A DNA stretch of 32,000 nucleotides from Geobacter metallireducens GS-15 (lineage in GTDB: Bacteria > Desulfobacterota > Desulfuromonadia > Geobacterales > Geobacteraceae). A program made the position numbers and the translations under genes. The stretch's first letter is position 1. Every line of letters starts with the position of its first letter. Where the stretch lies: the NCBI RefSeq assembly GCF_000012925.1, contig NC_007517.1:2460001-2492000 (forward strand), written 5' to 3'. The notes beneath the pieces were generated by a model that saw only the letters and a program-made list of their open reading frames with translations, made no database searches and was not told the DNA's origin. Positions 17,230-25,636 of the stretch are shown here, piece after piece.

Positions 17230-17494
17230 GCTGACTTGTTGAAAATTTCGATCACCTGATGAATGAGCTCATCATTGTCACTCTTGTCTCTGACGGCATT
17301 CGAGACACATCCTTTCAGGTGATCTTCCAGAATCACCATTCCAAGGGAACGGATCGCACCACTCGTGGCTGCTGCTTCAAAGTGTCGAGGCAGTCCCGGT
17401 CGTCCTCCACCATCTTGCGAATGCCTCTGATCTGACCTTCAATCCGGTTGATTCTCGAAAGTAATACCTTGTGATCATCTCCACAGAGTGCCAT
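17230..17494 (-). pseudogene. CsoR/RcnR/FrmR-family metal-sensing repressor, reading frame broken near 17370-17380
   Basis: ATG 17494 gives MALCGDDHKVLLSRINRIEGQIRGIRKMVEDDRDCLDTLKQ, then QPRVVRSVPLEW* (stop 17335-17333). The -1 frame continues AAATSGAIRSLGMVILEDHLKGCVSNAVRDKSDNDELIHQVIEIFNK. Joined together, these give the full family fold with the C...H-x3-C ligand pattern. The second frame has no stop at the expected end and runs on out of frame through the DUF1232 gene (ORF 16779-17339). Confidence 0.6.
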
Positions 17495-17794
17495 ACCCAC
17501 CGACCCACGTCTCTAAAAATCTCGCTACTGCTTGTTGCTGCATGGCCAGACCTGCCTGAAACAAATTTTCTAACACATTTCCAGTTGACAACGAATTTCA
17601 ATTTCTTTTATAGTGACCAAACGTTGACGGAGAGACGCATGGGACAGTCACGATTTGTGCCACACAGTGGTTCGGACCAGCAGTTTCATGGACTGGTTCA
17701 TCACCAGGCGGATAGCGGAGGGACGGGCAACCTGTGCGTCGCCCTTTGAGTACCTCCATACTCGTTCAAGAGCGCCTTTTTTTGCATTGCAGTT

Positions 17795-17813
17795 GATAGT
17801 GATTTTCATTTGC
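17795..17813 (+). promoter_or_regulatory. Candidate Fur box upstream of hemP
   Basis: GATAGTGATTTTCATTTGC matches the consensus GATAATGATAATCATTATC at 14 of 19 positions. It overlaps a TTGATA -35-like hexamer (17793-17798), 57 nt upstream of the hemP ATG. Confidence 0.5.
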
Positions 17814-17869
17814 ATACTTTCCAGCAAACCAGGACGCACATCAATATTCAGGCAGGAGGTAATGGCGCA

Positions 17870-17995
17870 ATGCCGGTAAAGTGCATCACCGCTGCAGAGC
17901 TTATGGATGGAGAGATTGAAATCATTATTGTCCACGCCGGGGAACAGTACCGGTTGAGGATTACCGCGAACAACAAGCTGATACTCACGAAATAG
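17870..17995 (+). CDS. hemP: Hemin uptake protein HemP family (41 aa)
   Basis: The ORF starts at 17810. The ATG at 17870 follows AGGAGG (17854-17859). MPVKCITAAELMDGEIEIIIVHAGEQYRLRITANNKLILTK carries the HemP hallmark ...YRLR.T..GKLILTK. Confidence 0.75.
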   Translation: MPVKCITAAELMDGEIEIIIVHAGEQYRLRITANNKLILTK

Positions 17996-18117
17996 CCGTG
18001 CTGGCTCCCCTGGCCCGCACCATCACCTGAAAAACAGTATCTCAAGCCAGCCACGCAGACTTCACGTCACGCAGCCAGCCAGCCAGAGACAAGAACTCAT
18101 TAAAAGGAGATTTGTCA

Positions 18118-19824
18118 ATGACTGCCCTGCGCACCACCTCCCTTGCCTTTGCCTTTGTTCTGACTATGTCAGCCGCCGCCCATGCCAGCCCTGGTCAAGC
18201 GATCCGGTCCGATGGAAATGCTGATGATGCCTACTCTGCCGGGAAACGTAACAATTCGAACAACCCGAATCAGGAAATTCCCGGGCAAATCACTGCCGAA
18301 AACTGGGCCTATCAACTGGTCGCCGATTTGGAAGAAAAATACGGGGCGGGATGGAAACTCGCTGAAGGACAGAGCGCCTCCCGGAATGAGCTGCTGGACA
18401 AATTCGTCGACGCGCTCACCAGAATTGCAGACAGGTACGACAAGGAGGGGGGGCAGGCGGTCTCTCGGGATGACCTGGAGAACATTCGCACTCTGATTGT
18501 TGCGCTGGAGGATGAGCTTTTCGGAAACAACAGCTACACCACTATCCGCACCACCATTGAACAACTCCTTACGTTGGTCGAACCCCCGGTCCCCGTTTTT
18601 AAGTACAAGGTAGGCGTCAACGGCTTTTTGAGGGGCGAAGGTTCGTCCAACTTCAGGCTGGCGGACTTGAGTTATGCCGCGGGCAAGGATGCCGGCCGGA
18701 TGTTGTATCGGGTCAAGCCGTTCGCCTACTGGCATCCCAACGATTATCTGGATGTCCATCTTGAGGGGCAGGGATATGGTTTTACCGGCGAAGGCTCCAG
18801 GGATTCCCATGAATTCAATCTGTATCAGGGATTCGTGGAAGCCAAGCTTCCCCAGGGAGACGGTTCAGGCAAAAACCTCCTGGCCCTCAAGGCCGGCCGC
18901 CAGGAGTTCAATTACGGCAGCGGCTTTATCCTCGGGACCGACAGTTTCTTCAACGGCCTGACCTTCGATGCCGGAAGACTCAGGGTACAACCCTCGTGGA
19001 ACTGGTTCAACAACCTCTCCCTCGACCTTTTGGGCGGCTCCTATGCCAGGCCATTTTCCGATGGAGTGAACGGAGACTTGCTGGGCGCCTATCTTACCTA
19101 CCAGCCATCCGCAGACAGCAGCTTCGAAGCATACGGCTTCCGCGACACCGGGTCTGAGGAGCGCCATTCCGGTGAACATCTGGATACCCTGGGCTTTCGC
19201 AGCACCAGTTCAGTTGGCATTTTCGGGCTGGAATACGAACTGGCCTACCAGACCGGCAAATCCTTCAACGGCGCAAGCAACGACAATATTTTCGCGTTCG
19301 GCGGACACGTTGACCTGACCGGCGAAATTCCCATCAGGGTTTTCGACAACTCCTACAACAGCTCGGTCTTCCTCAGCTACGCCATGGGGTCCGGGGATAA
19401 AAATGCGGTCAACGGAACCTCATCGGCCCGGGAATTCCGTAACCCGAACAACGACACGTCATTGGTGGGCGACATGGGACTCATCGGCGACCTGTCCGGC
19501 TTCGACGCCGGGGAACAGCACGCCAGCGGCATCCAGGTCTACACCCTCGGCTTCGGGATTGACCTCTCCAAGAAGCTGAACATCTCCGCCACGGGACGCA
19601 AGTTCGTGGCTGACAAGGTGGCGGACGGCATCAGCCGCGACATCGGCATCGAGACCGACCTCACCCTCACCTACACCCACAACAAGGACTATGCCCTGGT
19701 GCTGGGTTACGACCACTTTTTCACCGGCAGGTTCTTCCGCGACGCCAACGCCGGAAACAGAGACATCGACTATGTCTTTGCCATGCTCCAGTTCAATTAC
19801 GACTGGACAAAGCGCAAGCGGTAG
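18118..19824 (+). CDS. Outer-membrane beta-barrel, alginate-export (Alginate_exp) family, with an SLH-like/coiled-coil N-terminal extension
   Basis: The ATG at 18118 lies 7 nt after AAAGGAGA. The signal peptide ends AAAHA. LKAGRQEFNYGSGFILGTDSFFNGLTFDAGRL is the Alginate_exp core motif. Alternating beta-strand patterns follow, with a C-terminal aromatic end (FAMLQFNYDW). The N-terminal part is discussed in the findings. Confidence 0.8.
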   Translation: MTALRTTSLAFAFVLTMSAAAHASPGQAIRSDGNADDAYSAGKRNNSNNPNQEIPGQITAENWAYQLVADLEEKYGAGWKLAEGQSASRNELLDKFVDALTRIADRYDKEGGQAVSRDDLENIRTLIVALEDELFGNNSYTTIRTTIEQLLTLVEPPVPVFKYKVGVNGFLRGEGSSNFRLADLSYAAGKDAGRMLYRVKPFAYWHPNDYLDVHLEGQGYGFTGEGSRDSHEFNLYQGFVEAKLPQGDGSGKNLLALKAGRQEFNYGSGFILGTDSFFNGLTFDAGRLRVQPSWNWFNNLSLDLLGGSYARPFSDGVNGDLLGAYLTYQPSADSSFEAYGFRDTGSEERHSGEHLDTLGFRSTSSVGIFGLEYELAYQTGKSFNGASNDNIFAFGGHVDLTGEIPIRVFDNSYNSSVFLSYAMGSGDKNAVNGTSSAREFRNPNNDTSLVGDMGLIGDLSGFDAGEQHASGIQVYTLGFGIDLSKKLNISATGRKFVADKVADGISRDIGIETDLTLTYTHNKDYALVLGYDHFFTGRFFRDANAGNRDIDYVFAMLQFNYDWTKRKR

Positions 19825-19885
19825 TCACTTTGACCTTCCCCCCATTCTCCCGCCAATCCATGAATGTTCTCAATTTCTACACTAT

Positions 19886-21823
19886 TTAAATACTGTCCAC
19901 CCAGTGAGTAGCCGCCAAGAACCCCTCATGAATCGCATCCTTGATTCTACGGGGGGATTTCTTGTCACCTATGATGCAATATGGTAATCCGGCACGGTCA
20001 AGATCGCCGACGAGAAGATCGTCTGACTCAAAGCCGACAGATATGACCAGACATCCAAGCGGGACGGTAATCACCCCCTCGAGCGTTTGGATGACCGCTT
20101 TTCCATCCTTTATTTCCTGAACAGAGGATGAGGTATGGATATTCACCCCCCCCTTGTTCAGATGGTCCAAAAGAACCCACCTCAGGGTTGCGCCCATGTC
20201 AGCAAGCGGTTTTGGTCTTATCTCCACCAGGGAGACGTCAAATCCTTTTGAACTGAGATAATCGGCGGTTTCCCCCCCCACCAGACCGGCACCGATGATG
20301 ACCACCGGATTGTCGGGTGAGACCGTGCCATCCAGAATCTCGCTGCTCGTGTAACAGGGAACCTGTTCCATTCCATTAATGAGAATGGTTCTCTCCTTGG
20401 CGCCGGTAGCCAAAATGACTGCGTCGAAATTTTCAGAAAGTCGTGAAAAGTCGGTTTCCGCAACGACTGGCACCTTCAGTCCCGCCAGTTCATGGGTAAG
20501 ATAGCGGATCAGTCCGGCAATCTCGGATTTGTGTGGGGGGGCTGCAGCAGTGCCAAGCCTTCCGCCTGTTTGCCGGTTCTTTTCCAGAAGGGTCACCTTG
20601 TGACCGCGCGTAGCCAGGACGCGTGCAGCCTCCATGCCTGCAGGGCCGCCTCCTACCACGAGTATGCGTTTTTTGGGTTTGGCAGGCGGCAACGAACCAT
20701 CATCGGTCAGGTCGGCATTCAGCGAGCATTCGATCCTGTCCCTGGCAAAGGCGCGGTCAAAACAGTTACAGCATGAAATGCAGGGGCGGATAGATTCGTC
20801 CTTTCCCGCCTGAGTTTTGTTGGGCCAGTCTGGATCCACGATCAGGGCTCTCCCTAGCGTTACCATGTCCAGCTTTCCTTCGGCAATGACCTGACGCGCC
20901 ATTTGGGGTTCAGTAATACGGACGGCGCACGAAACTGGTATAGAGACGACCTCTTTGATTTTTGTCGCATAGGGGATGAAATGGCCTTGGGGAACGGAGG
21001 GACCTATCTGATGGACCGGCGCATCGTGCCACCCAGCAGTTACGTTAAGGAGATGAATCCCCCATTTTTCCAGTTCGATCGCAAAGTTTCGGTGATCCGC
21101 ATCATCCATCCCCCCGGGCATATTGTCCGTTGAAGACATCCGGAAGATAAGTGGAAAATCATGCCCGACCTCACGCTTCACCGCTGCGATGACCTCTCTT
21201 ATAAAGGTCCGGCGCTTCTCTTCATCCCCGCCGAACCTGTCAGTGCGCTGATTTGTCAGGGGAGAGAGAAACTGACTGATCAGGTATCCAGTTGCCCCCA
21301 GAAATTCAACGGCCTCGAATCCCGCGCGCTTTGCCCGACCTGCAGCTGCGGCAAAAGATTCGATGATCCCTTCTACCTCTGCAGTGGTCAACTCGTGCGG
21401 CAGCTCCTTCGTGTAGCGGGAGGGCAAAGCCGAAGGAGCGACCGGATCCAAGCCGCCGTTGATCGCCTTTTTTGCATAACGCCCGGCATGGTTCAGTTGC
21501 AGGGCCGGAACGGCGCCGCCTTCTTTGATCGCCCTGGCGACTTTTTCCAGAGACGGCAACCACTCATCCCGGTCCGCCCCGATCTGATGCTCATCCTGCC
21601 TTCCGGCCGGATCCACATGGCAGGCGCCGACGATGATCAGGCCGGCCCCACCTTTGGCTCGCCGCCGATAGAACCGGAGCCATTCATCACTGATGTCGTA
21701 TCCGTCTATGGGATAGTTGAGGATGAACGCAGGCATGATGATCCGGTTCTTTATGGTCAGCCCGCTGATGGTAATTGGAGAAAAGAGATCTGGCGCTTCT
21801 GCCGGGACTGGTTTTGTGTTCAT
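19886..21823 (-). CDS. NADH:flavin oxidoreductase of the FadH (2,4-dienoyl-CoA reductase)/enoate-reductase family: OYE-like FMN domain, [4Fe-4S] motif, FAD/NAD(P) domain
   Basis: The ORF extends to 21919. I prefer the ATG at 21823 (MNTKPVP...), which clears the upstream SDR stop. OYE motifs are IKNRIIMPAF and LQLNHAGR. The Cys cluster is CISCCNC-x11-C. Rossmann motifs are ILVVGGGPAGMEAA and VVIIGAGLVGGE. Confidence 0.85.
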   Translation of the reverse strand: MNTKPVPAEAPDLFSPITISGLTIKNRIIMPAFILNYPIDGYDISDEWLRFYRRRAKGGAGLIIVGACHVDPAGRQDEHQIGADRDEWLPSLEKVARAIKEGGAVPALQLNHAGRYAKKAINGGLDPVAPSALPSRYTKELPHELTTAEVEGIIESFAAAAGRAKRAGFEAVEFLGATGYLISQFLSPLTNQRTDRFGGDEEKRRTFIREVIAAVKREVGHDFPLIFRMSSTDNMPGGMDDADHRNFAIELEKWGIHLLNVTAGWHDAPVHQIGPSVPQGHFIPYATKIKEVVSIPVSCAVRITEPQMARQVIAEGKLDMVTLGRALIVDPDWPNKTQAGKDESIRPCISCCNCFDRAFARDRIECSLNADLTDDGSLPPAKPKKRILVVGGGPAGMEAARVLATRGHKVTLLEKNRQTGGRLGTAAAPPHKSEIAGLIRYLTHELAGLKVPVVAETDFSRLSENFDAVILATGAKERTILINGMEQVPCYTSSEILDGTVSPDNPVVIIGAGLVGGETADYLSSKGFDVSLVEIRPKPLADMGATLRWVLLDHLNKGGVNIHTSSSVQEIKDGKAVIQTLEGVITVPLGCLVISVGFESDDLLVGDLDRAGLPYCIIGDKKSPRRIKDAIHEGFLAATHWVDSI

Positions 21824-21896
21824 TGTGATAACCCTTGCGCAGTTTCCCGCGATGTATTTCTTGACGGGGTCAGCCGGAAATTCCGACCTCGAGTTG

Positions 21897-22664
21897 CTAG
21901 AAAGCCGACCAGCCGCCATCCATGGAGACGATCTGTCCTGTCATGTAGCTTGAGGCCTCCGACGCCAGGAACACCACGACATCGGCGACTTCCCGGGGCT
22001 GACCGCCCCTTTTCATGGGGATCTTCAGCAGGTTCTGCTCCAGAATCTTCGGATTTGTCTCAATATCCCTCTTGGCCATTTCGGTAACGATATAGCCCGG
22101 GGCAATACAGTTCACCCGGATATTGTGACGGGCCCATTCCACGGCCAATCCCCTGGTCAGTTGGACAACCCCACCCTTGCTGGCTATGTATGACGCAATA
22201 TTGGGAAAGCCCCTGAGACCGAAGACGGAGGCATTGTTGATAACACAGCCGTTCTTGTTCTTGATCATTTCCCTGCCCACAACCTGGCTACAGAGGAAAT
22301 ATCCTTTGAGGTTCGTATCAACGACCGAGTCCCAGTCCTCCTCGGTAAGATTCACAAACGGCTTGACCAGATTGATGCCGGCATTGTTGACCAGGATATC
22401 GATCGTTCCGAATTGGGCGATCCCCTTATCCACCATCGCCTGAATGTCATCGGCCTTCAGCATGTCCGTTTTGACCGTAAGACACTGGACCCCTTTTGAG
22501 GTCACCTCGGAAGCGACCTTGGCCATACTGGCTTCGTTGCGGCTCGCCAGCACCAGATTGGCACCTGCTTCCGCCAGACCCAGTGCCATGGCTTCACCCA
22601 GCCCCTGACTGGCACCGGTGACGATAGCGGTTTTACCTTTCAGACTGAAACGTTCCAAGCCCAT
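21897..22664 (-). CDS. SDR-family oxidoreductase (FabG / 3-hydroxyacyl-CoA dehydrogenase-like)
   Basis: The ATG at 22664 follows GAGGAGGG at 7 nt. Motifs are GKTAIVTGASQGLG, NNAG and YIASKGG (YxxxK). Confidence 0.9.
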   Translation of the reverse strand: MGLERFSLKGKTAIVTGASQGLGEAMALGLAEAGANLVLASRNEASMAKVASEVTSKGVQCLTVKTDMLKADDIQAMVDKGIAQFGTIDILVNNAGINLVKPFVNLTEEDWDSVVDTNLKGYFLCSQVVGREMIKNKNGCVINNASVFGLRGFPNIASYIASKGGVVQLTRGLAVEWARHNIRVNCIAPGYIVTEMAKRDIETNPKILEQNLLKIPMKRGGQPREVADVVVFLASEASSYMTGQIVSMDGGWSAF

Positions 22665-22697
22665 GGGATTTCCCTCCTCTGTATGCATTTATCATTC

Positions 22698-23471
22698 TCA
22701 TTTACCAACAAATTTCGGTTTCCGTTTCTCTTTGAATGCCCGGCGCCCTTCCTTGACATCCTCCATGAGCAACAACCCGGGGCTCAGCAGATCCTCCCAC
22801 CGGTAATCATCATCCATGCCGCGATGCAGCATGCGCCTGGTCACCTGGACCGAGAGCGGCGGGCACTCCGCAATCCTGTTCGCTATCTTCATGGCCTCTG
22901 CCATCACCTGGTCCTGGGGAACGACCTTGTTGACGATCCCGTATCTCTCCGCCTCGTGGGCATCGATCTTCTCCCCTGTCAGGAGGAGTTGGGATAGCCG
23001 CTTCCTCCCCATGACCTCCCGCGCCCTGCCGAGCATTATGACGTGCACGGCGCCGAAGGTAGCGCCAGGCAGTGAGAATTTTGCCGTTTCCGAAGCGATG
23101 GCAATATCACTCACGATCGCCACCTTGCAGCCGTAACCGATGGCGGCCCCGTTTACCGCGGCAATAACCGGCTGGGGGATATTTTCCAGCCGCCGGAAGG
23201 CCCTGGCGTCAACCTTGATATACTCTGACGAGTCGCGCAGGTTATCGAAATTCAGCTCCTCCAGATCGGCTCCGGCGCTGAACGCCTTGTCGCCCGAACC
23301 GGTGATGACCACCGCCTGCACTTCCCGGTCCGACTCTATCTTGTCAAGGACACAATCAAGCTCCCGGTACATGACCGTGTTGCAGGCATTGAGCTTGTCA
23401 GGGCGGTTCATGGTAATAACTGCAATGGCTCCGCGCTTTTCGAAGATAATCGTTTCGAATTTTTCGGTCAT
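22698..23471 (-). CDS. Crotonase-superfamily protein (enoyl-CoA hydratase/isomerase fold), both canonical catalytic Glu positions apparently substituted
   Basis: 257-aa ORF with VITMNRPDKLNA and FSAGADL. The oxyanion-hole region reads AAVNGAAIGYGCKVAIVSD (K where hydratases have E) and FSLPGATFG (G where hydratases have the PE Glu). Confidence 0.85.
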   Translation of the reverse strand: MTEKFETIIFEKRGAIAVITMNRPDKLNACNTVMYRELDCVLDKIESDREVQAVVITGSGDKAFSAGADLEELNFDNLRDSSEYIKVDARAFRRLENIPQPVIAAVNGAAIGYGCKVAIVSDIAIASETAKFSLPGATFGAVHVIMLGRAREVMGRKRLSQLLLTGEKIDAHEAERYGIVNKVVPQDQVMAEAMKIANRIAECPPLSVQVTRRMLHRGMDDDYRWEDLLSPGLLLMEDVKEGRRAFKEKRKPKFVGK

Positions 23472-23529
23472 GGTTCTCTCCTCAGGGAATCCAGATTGAT
23501 TTCAGTTTTTGCCACACCGGCATTCCGCG

Positions 23530-24369
23530 TTAACCGGCAGCTGTTCGAAACAGCAGATCCGTAAAATAGCGGGATTCGATGCGCAGAGCCGATTCCAGGT
23601 CGACTTGGGCGCCTTCGACCGCCACCGCCAGTATCGATTCCTGTGCCGGTTGCCCGTCAGCGCATTTTTTCCGCAGGATGGCCGGTGCAACAAAGATCTG
23701 TTGCGCTATATTGGGGCTGGAAGGTGTCCCCCCCGGCATCTTATATCCTTTCTGGTCCCAGGGCTGACCGGCAGCGGGATTGGCAGCGATCCAGTCTCGT
23801 GCCATGGATTGGAGTTCGCCACTGCTGGCAGCTAGTTGGTCAATCAGACCAGTCTCTTTCGCCTTTTCCGGGGCAAGTTTTGTTCCTGCCATGAGGAGCG
23901 GCAACCCCTTTTCGAGCCCAATCAGGCGGACCAAGCGCGCTACTCCACCGTTGCAGGGAATCAGACCTGCCGCTACGTCCGGCAGGCCGATCGCGATGGC
24001 AAGATCGTTGACCGCTATGCGGTGATGGGCGGCCAGGCAAAGTTCGTAATCTCTTCCCTGAGTCGGACCATTGATGGCTGCAACGACCGGTTTGCCAAGA
24101 GTTTCAAGACGCCGCAGCATGCTTTTGTAAGCACTGAGGCGGTTAAAAACCTGCTGACGTGCCGAAAGGCTGTTTTCGCTGACAGTGCAGGCGGTAGCGG
24201 GTGATGCCTGATCAATGGTGATAATGACACCACTGATGGTATCGCGTTCAAGGCGATCGAGAAGCTCTCCCGCCGTTCCTTCATCCATGATGCTGGCCGG
24301 CTGGCCTGCGGGATTGATGGTAACGGTTACGATACCCTCTCCATCCCTTTCATATCTGTATGCGCTCAT
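23530..24369 (-). CDS. Crotonase-fold protein resembling the N-terminal hydratase domain of FadB/FadJ, with a C-terminal extension
   Basis: The ORF extends to 24465. The ATG at 24369 follows AAGGTGGG and clears the thiolase stop. AAINGPTQGRDYELCLAAHHRIA retains the first Glu. GLPDVAAGLIPCNGG has D in place of the second Glu. Confidence 0.7.
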   Translation of the reverse strand: MSAYRYERDGEGIVTVTINPAGQPASIMDEGTAGELLDRLERDTISGVIITIDQASPATACTVSENSLSARQQVFNRLSAYKSMLRRLETLGKPVVAAINGPTQGRDYELCLAAHHRIAVNDLAIAIGLPDVAAGLIPCNGGVARLVRLIGLEKGLPLLMAGTKLAPEKAKETGLIDQLAASSGELQSMARDWIAANPAAGQPWDQKGYKMPGGTPSSPNIAQQIFVAPAILRKKCADGQPAQESILAVAVEGAQVDLESALRIESRYFTDLLFRTAAG

Positions 24370-24407
24370 ATATGTCCCACCTTTTATTGTTTGATTGTGT
24401 GCCGCTG

Positions 24408-25616
24408 TCACAGCCGTTCGACAATGGTCGCTATCCCGATTCCGCCACCGACGCAGAGGGTGCACAGGCCATAGCGCAGCCTGCGCCGCTCCAGTTCATC
24501 CAGAACGGTTCCTAATATCATGGCACCACTGGCCCCAAGGGGATGTCCCATCGCGATTGCCCCGCCGTTCACGTTGATCTTTTCTGCCGGTATGTCCAGG
24601 TCTTTCCGGAATTTCATGACGACTGCGGCGAAGGCTTCATTAACTTCGAACAGATCGATGTCGCTGATCTTCAGCCCCGCTTTCTGCAGTACCTTGCGAG
24701 TAGCTGCCGTCGGACCGGTGAGCATAATTGTCGGTTCGCAACTGGTGATCACCCCGGCCACCACGCGTCCACGCGGCGTGAGTCCCAACTCCTTCCCCTT
24801 GGCGGAACTGCCTACCAGCACCGCAGCGGCTCCATCAACAATACCCGACGAGTTCCCCGGCGTATGGACATGGTTGATCCCCTTGAGTTGCGTATATTTG
24901 CGTAACGCAACCGTATCGAAACCGACGGCGCCAACCCCCTCGAAGGAGGGTTTCAGTTGGGCCAGACCTTCCATGGTCGTACTTTTGCGGATGAACTCGT
25001 CGTGGCCAAGGATCGTCAAGCCGTTTCTGTCCTTCACCGGAACCAGCGATTTAGAGAAATGGCCTTTCTCGGAAGCCTCCGCCGCCTTCTTCTGGGACTC
25101 CAGCGCAAAGGCATCCACATCTTCGCGGGAAAATCCCTCCAGTGTAGCTATCAGATCCGCAGATACCCCTTGAGGGATAAAGCCGGTCTTAAGGCTCGTT
25201 TCCGGGTCCAGGCCAAGGGCACCTCCATCGGAACTGATGGTTACCCGCGACATGGATTCCACGCCACCCGCCACCACAAGATCTTCCCATCCGGATATCA
25301 CCTTCATCGCCGCCAGGTTCACCGCCTCCAATCCCGAAGCGCAGAACCGGTTCAACTGGAAGCCGGCAACCACATCGTCCCATCCGGCATACAACGCCGC
25401 GGTTTTGGCGATATTCCCCCCCTGATCACCCAGGGGGGTGACGCACCCAATGACGATGTCTTCCACCTGAGATGTGTCCAGATTGTTACGCACCTTCAAC
25501 TCATTCAAGAGGTCACCCAGCAAGGTAACCGGCTTTACCTCGTGCAGCGATCCATCACTCTTTCCCTTGCCTCGCGGCGTACGTATCGCGTCATAGATGT
25601 ATGCTTCATTTTTCAT
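24408..25616 (-). CDS. Acetyl-CoA C-acyltransferase (degradative thiolase)
   Basis: 402-aa ORF. The active-site Cys is in [12 protein letters not shown]. Other motifs are [29 protein letters not shown] and [13 protein letters not shown]. Confidence 0.9.
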   Translation of the reverse strand: MKNEAYIYDAIRTPRGKGKSDGSLHEVKPVTLLGDLLNELKVRNNLDTSQVEDIVIGCVTPLGDQGGNIAKTAALYAGWDDVVAGFQLNRFCASGLEAVNLAAMKVISGWEDLVVAGGVESMSRVTISSDGGALGLDPETSLKTGFIPQGVSADLIATLEGFSREDVDAFALESQKKAAEASEKGHFSKSLVPVKDRNGLTILGHDEFIRKSTTMEGLAQLKPSFEGVGAVGFDTVALRKYTQLKGINHVHTPGNSSGIVDGAAAVLVGSSAKGKELGLTPRGRVVAGVITSCEPTIMLTGPTAATRKVLQKAGLKISDIDLFEVNEAFAAVVMKFRKDLDIPAEKINVNGGAIAMGHPLGASGAMILGTVLDELERRRLRYGLCTLCVGGGIGIATIVERL

Positions 25617-25636
25617 ACAGATCCCCTCTTGCTAAA

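Noticed and set aside
16779-17339. 186-aa ORF from the track
   Set aside because: Only its first roughly 35 residues (MVILEDHLKGCV...IEIFNK) resemble a protein family, and they are the C-terminal half of a CsoR-type repressor. The rest runs out of frame through the well-supported DUF1232 gene. I treat it as read-through of a broken gene.
17648-17935. 95-aa minus-strand ORF and the 61-aa extended form of hemP (17810 start)
   Set aside because: The minus ORF overlaps the Fur box, the promoter and the hemP start, and has no motifs. The N-terminal 20 residues of the extended hemP form lack an RBS. The ATG at 17870 has AGGAGG upstream and begins where family similarity begins.
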